Positions 55,597 to 64,000 of a DNA stretch of 64,000 nt are shown piece by piece. The DNA is from a virus (Duplodnaviria; Caudoviricetes). A model generated the notes under the pieces. It had not been told where the DNA came from, did not search any database, and saw nothing but the letters and a program-made list of their open reading frames with translations. The position numbers and the translations under genes were made by a program. Location of the stretch: the IMG/VR virus record IMGVR_UViG_3300027782_000030, positions 136,571 to 200,570 of that record; one strand, given 5' to 3'. The stretch's first letter is position 1. Each line of letters starts with the position of its first letter.

Positions 55597-56750
55597 ATCT
55601 TTCTGAGTCTTTAGCCTCTCTTAGAAATAAGTTAGAGACTCTATCTACACCTCCATTGAGAGAGGATAAAGGGCACTTGGATCATCCTGAAGATTTAATA
55701 TTTTTAGGAGATGTAGCAGGTGCTCAAAGAGCAGTAGATGCTATTGTTAAAACAGTTTCAAATCCAAAAACTGTTACTATTAAGTGGGACGGGTATCCTG
55801 CTCTTATATTTGGTCGTGATTCTAAAGGTAGATTTAGTATCATGGACAAGCATATGTTTAATAAAAAAGACGGTACTGGCAGACAAGTCTATAGTCCTCA
55901 ACAATTTAGAGAATATGACTTAGCCCGTGAAGTAGACCGTTCTGAATTACATAAACTAATAGCCGAAATATGGCCTGGCTTAGAAAAAGCAAGTGCCGGC
56001 AGTCAAGGGTATTATTGGGGCGATTTGTTATTCAGTCAACCATTAACAGATGACAATGGTTTATATAAATTTAGAGCCAATCCTAATGGTATTACTTACA
56101 CAGTAGATGTTGATAGTGAAACTGGTAAATTAATGACAGGCAAAACAGCAGGTATCGCAGTTCATCAGTATATAGAACCTGAGGCACCTAACACTGATTC
56201 TGCTGTTCCATTAGATGGAACAATAGGACAACTTAAGAATAATAGTAATGTTGCTATTATTCCTAGTAAGATGCCTATCACTCCTAACTTAAAGTTAGAT
56301 CAAAAGTTATTAGCCAAAGCCAAACAAGATATAGCGAAATATGGTCAGGCAGTTCAACAGTTAATGAATACTGCCCCTCAGGCTAGAAATACATTTAATC
56401 AATTGTTTACAGTTTATGTCAATAAACGAATCGTTCAAGGAGATTTAAATAATTTGCTAGAAGGATTTATGGAATTTGTTAAATCTAGACCAATGACTGA
56501 TAAGATGAGGGCTAAGATAGATGAACACTTAGAAGCCAATAAAGACGGGCTTATTGGTGCATTTACTATATGGATAGATATATACAATCTTAAGATGAAT
56601 GTAGTTCAACAATTAAACAAAGCCGCCGAAGCCAGTCCTGTAAAAGGTTATTTACAAGATGGTACACAAACTCAAGAAGGGTTTGTTTCTAATGGACTTA
56701 AGTTTGTAGACAGAATGGGCTTTAGTAGACAGAATTTAGCTGGCCGCTAA
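55593..56750 (+). CDS. Ligase-superfamily-like (KxDG) late protein
   Basis: HLDHPED, TIKWDGYPALIFG, YWGDLLF, QEGFV; ATG 55593 overlaps the previous stop. Confidence 0.6.
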   Translation: MNLSESLASLRNKLETLSTPPLREDKGHLDHPEDLIFLGDVAGAQRAVDAIVKTVSNPKTVTIKWDGYPALIFGRDSKGRFSIMDKHMFNKKDGTGRQVYSPQQFREYDLAREVDRSELHKLIAEIWPGLEKASAGSQGYYWGDLLFSQPLTDDNGLYKFRANPNGITYTVDVDSETGKLMTGKTAGIAVHQYIEPEAPNTDSAVPLDGTIGQLKNNSNVAIIPSKMPITPNLKLDQKLLAKAKQDIAKYGQAVQQLMNTAPQARNTFNQLFTVYVNKRIVQGDLNNLLEGFMEFVKSRPMTDKMRAKIDEHLEANKDGLIGAFTIWIDIYNLKMNVVQQLNKAAEASPVKGYLQDGTQTQEGFVSNGLKFVDRMGFSRQNLAGR

Positions 56751-56822
56751 ACCAACATTTTTTTCTAGTTGGCATAAATAAAATTAGAGCCTCAGCGCTC
56801 ACATTTTAAAAGGAAGAAAAAA

Positions 56823-57233
56823 ATGGCACAATTTACCCGTACACATGGTGACTATCAACCAGTATTAAACTTAGATGCTCCTTCTTACACAGTTGGTGCA
56901 GTTAACGCAGTAACAGCAAACGTTACAGTTCAGCCACAAGGTCCAAAGTTAGATTATTTCACAATTTTAGCAGCCAGTGGTACAGCATTCAGCACAACTC
57001 AAGTTAACCTCATTGTACAAACAGTTCAGCAATTAGCCACTGTTTATATCTATGAGTACAACGATGCAAGCACAAACACATTGGCTTTTGCTACATACCC
57101 AACAGGTGCATGGGCAGTAGACAATTCATTAGGTGCTAATGCTAATATCGTTGCTGCTGTTAACGCTGCATTGACTGCAGCCTCAGTTGCTAATACTACA
57201 ACTGGTAGTTCATCAGCTACATTCTCAAACTAA
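56823..57233 (+). CDS. Small Ala/Thr/Val-rich virion structural protein
   Basis: ATAAATA at 56774, AAGGA RBS and its own terminator. Confidence 0.65.
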   Translation: MAQFTRTHGDYQPVLNLDAPSYTVGAVNAVTANVTVQPQGPKLDYFTILAASGTAFSTTQVNLIVQTVQQLATVYIYEYNDASTNTLAFATYPTGAWAVDNSLGANANIVAAVNAALTAASVANTTTGSSSATFSN

Positions 57234-57251
57234 TTTTAGTTTCAATGTAAC

Positions 57252-57281
57252 AAAAACCCGAGATTTATTCTCGGGTTTTTT
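57252..57281 (+). terminator. Rho-independent terminator
   Basis: AAAAACCCGAGA-TTTAT-TCTCGGGTTTTT plus T. Confidence 0.85.
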
Positions 57282-57299
57282 ACCATTATAAATATGTGT

Positions 57300-57755
57300 A
57301 TGAGTTATAGAATTTCTTGTTACACTTTATTTGATATCACACAGACAGGAGTGTTAAACCGTACTAAACCCAATGAGGGTCAAGACTTGGCTAAGTGGGT
57401 TAAAAAAAGAAATACTCAGTGTAATTTTGATACAGTATTGCAAGTAATAGCATTAAGATCACAGCCCGAAATAGTTAATTTTCCTTCGAAGGAAGTAATT
57501 AAGTTTAATGAGTTCGAACATTTTGGGTTTCTGTTTGAACAGATCGAAAACGAATCGTATCCTTGTTGGAAATTTGAATTTGATGTACAACATCCAAGTG
57601 TATTTGATGATGGAGTGACAGATTTAGGTGCGTTATACGGAGATTGCGATGGTGTGCCAATGATATTATGTGGCACTGAATGGGATAAACTTCCCGCTTT
57701 TTTAGACTCTTCTCCTGAATTAAGAAACATATATTTTACAGTACAGAATGGATGA
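57300..57755 (+). CDS. Hypothetical late protein
   Basis: TATAAATA at 57287 overlaps the first ATG, which favours the start at 57300. Confidence 0.7.
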   Translation: MSYRISCYTLFDITQTGVLNRTKPNEGQDLAKWVKKRNTQCNFDTVLQVIALRSQPEIVNFPSKEVIKFNEFEHFGFLFEQIENESYPCWKFEFDVQHPSVFDDGVTDLGALYGDCDGVPMILCGTEWDKLPAFLDSSPELRNIYFTVQNG

Positions 57756-58224
57756 TAAAAAGGCAATAGCCAAACTAACTGATTTCTTTTCTAAAGAATT
57801 TTTACATGGACCAGGGGGCATTTCTATTTTTAGAAATGATGACGGTTCATACCAAGTGTTTAACACATACACTTTATACAATGACGAATTTGGATGTGTA
57901 GTTAATAGTAGAACCAGTGATAAGTCTTTGGTGTTTGCCTCAGCAAAAAATGCTATTACTTGGTGCATATTTGAAAAAAGAAATAAAATTCAAACAGCAG
58001 ATAGAATTTCTCACCTAGATAGAATGATAACTGGGATAGACACTTCTATAGGGATGCACAGACGATTGATAAAAAAATCTAAAGATTTTAATTCTAGACT
58101 AATTTATTTGGCTAAATTAACAGAAGAGCAAGAAAAACGTAAACATATGTTAAAAGAATTGGATAAATATGTTCATGATTCTAAAATTTGGCAAATAAGG
58201 AAGTTTGCTGAAAGAACAAAATAA
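57748..58224 (+). CDS. Hypothetical protein
   Basis: Overlapping coupled ORF. Confidence 0.7.
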   Translation: MDDKKAIAKLTDFFSKEFLHGPGGISIFRNDDGSYQVFNTYTLYNDEFGCVVNSRTSDKSLVFASAKNAITWCIFEKRNKIQTADRISHLDRMITGIDTSIGMHRRLIKKSKDFNSRLIYLAKLTEEQEKRKHMLKELDKYVHDSKIWQIRKFAERTK

Positions 58225-58267
58225 ATAACCAATGATAAATACTATATAAAGTTTGGAACCAAAAACT

Positions 58268-58978
58268 ATGAGATTAAACGACCTAAACAATAAAGTTCAT
58301 GCTACCCAAGCATTAAAAGAAAATTATAAGATGTCAATTGACCTTTCAAAAATGTCAATGAATGACACTAAAACAATGCTTAAAAAAGTACGCTCATTGG
58401 CTAATGAGGCTAAACAATCACCTGATTTTTACAGAGACCAAGCCAATCCATCTTACATGAAATTAGTCTTTATGGAGCAGGCTTTAGTTACTCATCACAA
58501 TCATTTAGCCTCAAGACCTGCTCCACGAATTGTTGTAGAGAATGAGAAAATAGAAGAATCACAAGTTTACTTAGCCGCACAGGATTTAGTAGACACGGTT
58601 CAGAAAATGCTTGAAGATGTTGGACAGATGCAAGTTAAAGAATTGCCTGCATTGGTTTCAAGTATTGAAAGTGAAATAGGTGTTAACGAAAGCCAATCAT
58701 TCAATGACCAAGTTTCTCAGCAATTAGATGCACTAAGTTCTACACTAAAAGAAACAATGACTGGATTAAAATCCGCGGTTAATGGATTAACTGGCCAAGA
58801 AGCAGGAATGGCATTTAATGAGCCACCTGTTGATGATGCAGAAATGGGAGCAGATATTGGTGCTGATGTAGGTGCAGAAATGGGCGCAGATATTGGTGCT
58901 GATTTAGGTGCTGAAGCAGGAGAAATTGAAGCTCCTGAGCCACAGCCTGTCGGTGGGGTTGGTCGAGCAAAGAGGTAA
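58268..58978 (+). CDS. Putative prohead core/scaffold-type protein
   Basis: ATAAATA at 58235; MRLNDL N-terminus; VVENEKIEES; acidic GAD/GAE-repeat tail. Confidence 0.55.
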   Translation: MRLNDLNNKVHATQALKENYKMSIDLSKMSMNDTKTMLKKVRSLANEAKQSPDFYRDQANPSYMKLVFMEQALVTHHNHLASRPAPRIVVENEKIEESQVYLAAQDLVDTVQKMLEDVGQMQVKELPALVSSIESEIGVNESQSFNDQVSQQLDALSSTLKETMTGLKSAVNGLTGQEAGMAFNEPPVDDAEMGADIGADVGAEMGADIGADLGAEAGEIEAPEPQPVGGVGRAKR

Positions 58979-58980
58979 AT

Positions 58981-59316
58981 ATGCGCCTCTTTGAATTGGA
59001 TGGTATTGACCCATTAGTAGTAAAATTAATTGCAGTTTCGGATCAGTTACACACCGATTTACAAAACGGTAAAACTGATCCCGAAATAACTACTGATGAA
59101 CTATTGCAATATCTTCAAAAATATGATATAGTGTTAGACAAAACTGATCTATATAATATGATTAAAAAACCACCACTCAATAAGATAATTAGTAACATCC
59201 AATCGGATAAAGTAATATTCAAGGGCATGGGTACTCCTGAGGCCCCTGACCAAGATCAAAATAACCAAATTGTTAAACAAATGGCAAGTCAAGCTGCCGC
59301 TAATATGCAAACATGA
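58981..59316 (+). CDS. Putative head-associated protein
   Basis: MRLFE N-terminus; late operon. Confidence 0.55.
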   Translation: MRLFELDGIDPLVVKLIAVSDQLHTDLQNGKTDPEITTDELLQYLQKYDIVLDKTDLYNMIKKPPLNKIISNIQSDKVIFKGMGTPEAPDQDQNNQIVKQMASQAAANMQT

Positions 59317-59633
59317 TAAGTGCTACACCGTTTGCAGCCGATAAAATAAAATATTTTTTAGAAAAAAGAGGAAAAGGTCTAGGAATTAAGGTAGGTGTGA
59401 AAACTACTGGATGTAGTGGCTTAGCCTATACTTTAGAATTCATAGATCAACCAGATGAAACATATGCTGTATATGAATCTTATGGTGTAATGATTTGGTT
59501 AAGTCCTAAAGATGCAGTTTATTTAAAAGGCTTAACAGTAGATTATGCAAAACAAGGATTAAATGAGGGTTTTGAATTTATCAATCCCCAAGAAAAAGAT
59601 CGTTGCGGATGCGGCGAAAGTTTTAGAATATGA
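59313..59633 (+). CDS. iscA: A-type Fe-S cluster carrier (IscA/HesB)
   Basis: GVKTTGCSGLAY and CGCGESF, three conserved Cys. Confidence 0.93.
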   Translation: MISATPFAADKIKYFLEKRGKGLGIKVGVKTTGCSGLAYTLEFIDQPDETYAVYESYGVMIWLSPKDAVYLKGLTVDYAKQGLNEGFEFINPQEKDRCGCGESFRI

Positions 59634-60313
59634 TATTAGAAAAATTTAAATACAGAACCCTTGAAAGAGCTACAATTGACGGTAGCAGAAAATATGCAAC
59701 ACCAGATGGAGAAAAACTCCCCAGTGTTACAACTATATTAGATGCAACTAAATCAGAAGAAAGTAAACAAGCCTTGGCTAATTGGCGTAGGCGTGTAGGA
59801 CATGCTAAAGCACAAGAGATTACTACTGAAGCGGCTGGTCGTGGCACTAGAATGCATAAATGGCTTGAAGATTACATAAAGACAGGTGAAATGGGTTCTC
59901 CCGGAAGTAATCCATATAGCATTCAAAGTCATTTGATGGCTAGATCAATCATTGATCAGGGTCTAAGTAAGTGTAATGAATTTTGGGGCACTGAAGTATC
60001 ATTATATTTTCCTAAAATTTATGCAGGTACAACGGACCTAGTTGGTTTGCATGAAGGCAGTGAAGCCATTATGGATCACAAACAAACTAACAAGCCTAAA
60101 AAACGAGAATGGATTGAAGATTACTTTGTTCAATTGGCAGCATATGCCAATGCTCACAATGAAGTCTACGGTACAAAAATTCGCAAAGGCGTTATTTTTA
60201 TGTGTTCAGCAGCCAATGAATATCAAGAATTTATTCTTGAGGGTGCTGATTTTGACACCTATACAGACAAATGGTTTAACAGGGTAGAACAGTACTACAT
60301 GCAATTCATCTGA
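59630..60313 (+). CDS. PD-(D/E)XK exonuclease
   Basis: LPSVTTIL, RGTRMH, E..L, YAGTTDL, MDHKQT, QLAAYA. Confidence 0.88.
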   Translation: MILEKFKYRTLERATIDGSRKYATPDGEKLPSVTTILDATKSEESKQALANWRRRVGHAKAQEITTEAAGRGTRMHKWLEDYIKTGEMGSPGSNPYSIQSHLMARSIIDQGLSKCNEFWGTEVSLYFPKIYAGTTDLVGLHEGSEAIMDHKQTNKPKKREWIEDYFVQLAAYANAHNEVYGTKIRKGVIFMCSAANEYQEFILEGADFDTYTDKWFNRVEQYYMQFI

Positions 60314-60352
60314 TATTTGTGATAAATAAATGTAATTGAGAAGATTACATTT

Positions 60353-63139
60353 ATGGCTATAATACAGATCAGCAAGATACAACAACGATCGGGTAATATC
60401 GTTGATTTACCTCAGTTGGATGAAGCAGAATTTGGTTGGGCAACAGATTCTAAACAGCTTTATATAGGTAAATCTGACCCCAATGAAAATATTGAAGTAT
60501 TAACTTCTTATTCTGCGATTGATTTTGATCAAATAACCGGTGCTGTTGGTAATTTAGATATTGATGGCGCTAATATAGGTAATGGTCAAATACTTACCTA
60601 TAATGGGTCAGATTGGACTAATAGAGGTGGTATTGCCGGTGGTTTAATTACTTTAGGTGATGTTAGCAATGTCAAAATTGACGGCGGTTCTATTGGATAT
60701 GTATTAGAAACTGATGGTACAGGTAATTTAAGTTGGACACCTAAATCTACTATTAGTGCAAATATTAGTAATATTACTAAAGCCAATCCTGCGGTAGTTA
60801 CTACAGCGGTAGATAATTTTTTCACTGAAGGTGCATTAGTTACTATTACCGGTGTAGTGGGAATGACTCAGGTTAATGGTAATAGTTACTATGCCAATGT
60901 AATTACAGCAAACACTTTTTCTTTGTATTCTGATCCTTCATTAACTACTCCAGTTAATTCTACAGGATTCACTACATACACCAGTGGTGGTAGGGCTATT
61001 TCTTCTGTAGGTGGATCTGGATCTACTTCAGCAGGTGGTTCTAATACAACCATTCAATTTAATAATAATAACCTATTAGATGGTGATGCTGGTTTTACTT
61101 GGGACTATGCTACAGCTTTACTTAATGTTAATGGTAATGCTAATGTGGGGAATCTTAATGCTAATGGAAGTGTTACATCCAGTAGATTGTTTTCTAATGT
61201 AGCAACAGGTACTACTCCTATTGTGGTAACTTCTACTACCCGTGTAGCCAATTTAAATGTAAATTATGCTAATGTCAGCGATTTTGAAGTAGTTACAACA
61301 CAAACAACAGGTACATTTTATCCAGTATTTGTAAGTGGTAATACTAGTGCTAACTATGCATTAGGTTCTAATGCTAACATGTCTTTTAATGCAGCAACCG
61401 GTAATTTATCAGTAAGTATTTTAAATACTACTGGCATTATTACAGCTAATGGCAATATTACATCAAATGGCAATATTACAGGTAGTAACTTTATTGGCCA
61501 ATCACTTGCTAATGGTAATAGTAATGTAAGAATTGCAACAGCAAATGGCAATGTGACAATTTCTGCTGTTGGTAACACAACTATGACTATTACAGGAACC
61601 GGTGCTAACATCACCGGTACTGCAAATATTAGTGGTAATGCGAACGTAAATAACTTAGGCACAACAACATTAATTGCTACAACTGGTAATATTACTACAG
61701 TTAATGGTAACATCATATTTGCAAATACCCTTACAGCATCAGGTAATGCTACAGGTAATGCTAACGTAAGTACTGTGACAGGTAATTTGGGTATTCGTGC
61801 AATATTCTCTACCTATACAGATAACTCAGCCGCAGCAAATGCGACTATAGTGAATGCGGCTATTCATGCAATAGCAGCACCAAACTTATCAGCAGCAAAT
61901 GCTACTGTTACGTTTACAAATGCATCAACCTTCTATATTGCGAATGCTCCGGTTGCTAATGCAAATGCTACAATTACTAATCCATATGCATTATTTATAG
62001 CAGCAGGTAATAGTTATTTTGGGGGCAACATTACAGGTAGTAACTTTATTGGTTCACTTGCTAATGGTAATAGTAATGTCAACATTCCTGCAGCCAATGG
62101 TAATATTACATTAAGTGTGGCAGGTAATGCAAATATTATTGTAGCTACCGGTACTGGTGTTAATATAGCAGGATATTTGACTGCAACTGCAAATATAGGT
62201 GCTAATAATATAAATGCTACAAATGGCGTTGTAGCCAGTACTTTAACTTCCAATGTTGCTACAAGTACTGCACCGTTGACAGTAACTAGTACTACCCGTG
62301 TTGCTAATTTAAATGTAGCATATGCTAATGTTAGTGATTATGGTGTAGTAACTGCACAGACTACAGGGGTTTACTATGTACCATTTGTAAATGGTAGTGC
62401 TACTGCTAACCGTGCATTAGGTGCAAATTCTGCATTAGTTTTTGATGTAGGGACGGGTCAACTATCAGCAACTTTATTAACAGGTACATTAACAACTGCA
62501 TCACAAGGAAATATTACTACAGTAGGTACATTAGGTAATCTTGATGTTACGTCTAATGTAACAACCGGTGGAATAAAAACTGATAATTATTATTATGCTA
62601 ATGGTGTATCTATTAGTTTTGCAGGATCATATAGCAATAGTAATGTAGCAAATTATTTACCCACGTTTACTGGTACAGTTGGTGCAACAGTATTAACAGC
62701 CGGGGCAAACACAACCGCAGGTACTATTACAGGTAATTGGTCTTTAAGTGCTGGTTCAAGATTAAATGCTACATATGCTGACTTGGCTGAATATTATGAA
62801 GCGGATACTGAATACGAAGCAGGTACTGTATTAGAGTTTGGTGGAGATAAAGAAGTTACTTTAGCCACTGATGAAACAATGAAAGTAGCAGGGGTAGTAT
62901 CATCTAATCCTGCATATGTAATGAATGCTACATGTCAGGGTATAGCAGTTCCTATAGCACTGCAAGGTAGAGTTCCTTGTAAAGTAAGAGGTATAATTCA
63001 CAAAGGTGACATGATGATAAGTGGCGGAAATGGTTATGCAAGACCTACTCATAGTCCTATCATGGGTACAGTAATTGGAAAGTCATTAGAGAACTTCTCA
63101 GGCGAAGGTATCATTGAGATCGCCATAGGTAGACTATAA
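60353..63139 (+). CDS. Tail fibre or long virion fibre protein
   Basis: Mtd-like N-terminus (IQQRSG..PQLDEAEFGW..QLYIG), GNITG/ANV repeats, C-terminal ADLAEYY..GRVPCKV; ATAAATA at 60322. Confidence 0.8.
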   Translation: MAIIQISKIQQRSGNIVDLPQLDEAEFGWATDSKQLYIGKSDPNENIEVLTSYSAIDFDQITGAVGNLDIDGANIGNGQILTYNGSDWTNRGGIAGGLITLGDVSNVKIDGGSIGYVLETDGTGNLSWTPKSTISANISNITKANPAVVTTAVDNFFTEGALVTITGVVGMTQVNGNSYYANVITANTFSLYSDPSLTTPVNSTGFTTYTSGGRAISSVGGSGSTSAGGSNTTIQFNNNNLLDGDAGFTWDYATALLNVNGNANVGNLNANGSVTSSRLFSNVATGTTPIVVTSTTRVANLNVNYANVSDFEVVTTQTTGTFYPVFVSGNTSANYALGSNANMSFNAATGNLSVSILNTTGIITANGNITSNGNITGSNFIGQSLANGNSNVRIATANGNVTISAVGNTTMTITGTGANITGTANISGNANVNNLGTTTLIATTGNITTVNGNIIFANTLTASGNATGNANVSTVTGNLGIRAIFSTYTDNSAAANATIVNAAIHAIAAPNLSAANATVTFTNASTFYIANAPVANANATITNPYALFIAAGNSYFGGNITGSNFIGSLANGNSNVNIPAANGNITLSVAGNANIIVATGTGVNIAGYLTATANIGANNINATNGVVASTLTSNVATSTAPLTVTSTTRVANLNVAYANVSDYGVVTAQTTGVYYVPFVNGSATANRALGANSALVFDVGTGQLSATLLTGTLTTASQGNITTVGTLGNLDVTSNVTTGGIKTDNYYYANGVSISFAGSYSNSNVANYLPTFTGTVGATVLTAGANTTAGTITGNWSLSAGSRLNATYADLAEYYEADTEYEAGTVLEFGGDKEVTLATDETMKVAGVVSSNPAYVMNATCQGIAVPIALQGRVPCKVRGIIHKGDMMISGGNGYARPTHSPIMGTVIGKSLENFSGEGIIEIAIGRL

Positions 63140-63166
63140 GATAAATAATAGACAGGAATTAAGAAA

Positions 63167-63685
63167 ATGGCATCATACGTATATACAGGTAATTTAACCT
63201 CACAACAATCAGCTAATATTGCTACAGACAAGATTAGAATATCAACTACTGGCACTGGTATTCACGCTGTTACCGGTTACCCTAGAGTAGCTGGTACTGG
63301 AACAGCAACAGCAGCAACTAACAGTGCAACAGTCACTGGATCGGGAACAGCATTTAACACTCAATTATCAGTTGGTGCTTGGATAGGAAATACTACCGGA
63401 ACAACAGTGGGAATTGTATCAAGTATTGCAAACGCTACTAGCCTTACACTAACTGCAAATGCAGGAGTAGCACTATCAAATGTTGCATACACTTTCAATA
63501 ATGCAGGTGTTCCTTACGCAATTGCTAATCAGCAAACACAAATTTTCCCAGCACAGGGTCAGTATAATACTGTTTATTGCGGTCAAGGAAATGTGATAGC
63601 ATTTATTACAACAGGTGGCGGTGCAGGAACTGAATTCAGTATTACTGAATTAGGTATGCCTCACGCGGTTACCGGTACAGAATAA
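63167..63685 (+). CDS. Virion structural protein
   Basis: Thr/Gly/Ala-rich beta repeats (GTATAATNSATVTGSGTAF); ATAAATA at 63141. Confidence 0.7.
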   Translation: MASYVYTGNLTSQQSANIATDKIRISTTGTGIHAVTGYPRVAGTGTATAATNSATVTGSGTAFNTQLSVGAWIGNTTGTTVGIVSSIANATSLTLTANAGVALSNVAYTFNNAGVPYAIANQQTQIFPAQGQYNTVYCGQGNVIAFITTGGGAGTEFSITELGMPHAVTGTE

Positions 63686-63892
63686 TTATTCTTTTACTCG
63701 CCATCCTTTTACCATATGGTGTCTCTCGCGGATCATATTAGATATGTGTCCACTCGGGAGATTATATTTTTCTATTAATTTAGTCCTAGTACAGTTCTCA
63801 ATAAGACCGGTAATATGATAAAATTCATAGATTGTAGGGTCAGATAAGTTAACTCTCACTTTTTCTCTTGTAAATTTATGCATGTTGTTCAT
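63686..63892 (-). pseudogene. Homing-endonuclease C-terminal DNA-binding domain remnant (NUMOD1/IENR1-like)
   Basis: DPTIYEFYH..CTRTKLIEKYNL..ISNMI..KGW with no nuclease domain. Confidence 0.55.
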
Positions 63893-63906
63893 TTTTTGGT
63901 AAAATG

Positions 63907-64000
63907 ATAAATATATTTACATAGCACAATACGGTGCTTCGTAATGATAACTCATTAACGGCGGTTAGAACCCGCAACCCATATTAGGAGAAATCAAATG
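63907..64000 (+). promoter_or_regulatory. Late promoter, structured leader and RBS of the next gene (ATG 63998)
   Basis: ATAAATA 63907; hairpin AGCAC-AATACG-GTGCT; AGGAG RBS. Confidence 0.6.

Larger units (their letters stand above)
6054..63913 (+). promoter_or_regulatory. Dispersed T4-like late promoter motif (A/T/G/C)TAAATA
   Basis: Found just upstream of genes at 6054, 16356, 23289, 24063, 25411, 26358, 26393, 27990, 30140, 51123, 54354, 56774, 57287, 58235, 60322, 63141 and 63907. T4 gp55 consensus is TATAAATA. Confidence 0.75.

Noticed and set aside
59630-60313. Cas4 assignment for the PD-(D/E)XK nuclease
   Set aside because: It lacks the four-Cys Fe-S motif and has no CRISPR context; it is a typical phage exonuclease.
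1-64000. Stop-codon recoding (alternative genetic code)
   Set aside because: Core genes are full length under the standard code, and TAA, TAG and TGA all end genes at sensible, tightly coupled positions.

Overview
This is a 64-kb segment of a large lytic dsDNA tailed phage with a T4-related core. Almost all genes are on the + strand. The core includes a gp17-like terminase, gp32 SSB, UvsX, UvsY, UvsW, gp61 primase, gp41 helicase, a gp62-like subunit, DHFR/ThyA, a spanin pair, and virion and tail-fibre genes. The host is inferred to be Gram-negative, possibly betaproteobacterial, from the spanins, lipoproteins and tmRNA tag. Layout: (1) 1-16.4 kb is a sugar or small-molecule tailoring island (B12 radical SAM, mini DegT aminotransferase, amidinotransferase, 2OG oxygenase-GT fusion, carbamoyltransferase, GT10-like paralogs, and a 2249-aa hierarchical repeat protein). 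(2) 16.4-16.7 kb is a circularly permuted (two-piece) tmRNA gene with tag ANDEVFSLAA, which the ORF track misses. (3) 16.7-19.8, 34.3-39.5 and 47.3-49.4 kb are early modules driven by near-identical sigma70 promoter cassettes and rich in small paralog families. (4) The rest is replication/recombination and head/tail genes under ATAAATA late promoters, plus a 206-aa mini Pol III-like gene, a secreted subtilase with a beta-rich C-terminus, IscA, a KxDG ligase-like late protein and homing-endonuclease remnants. No CRISPR array, tRNA, integrase, transposase or reverse transcriptase was seen. All calls come from motif recognition by eye; no searches were run.
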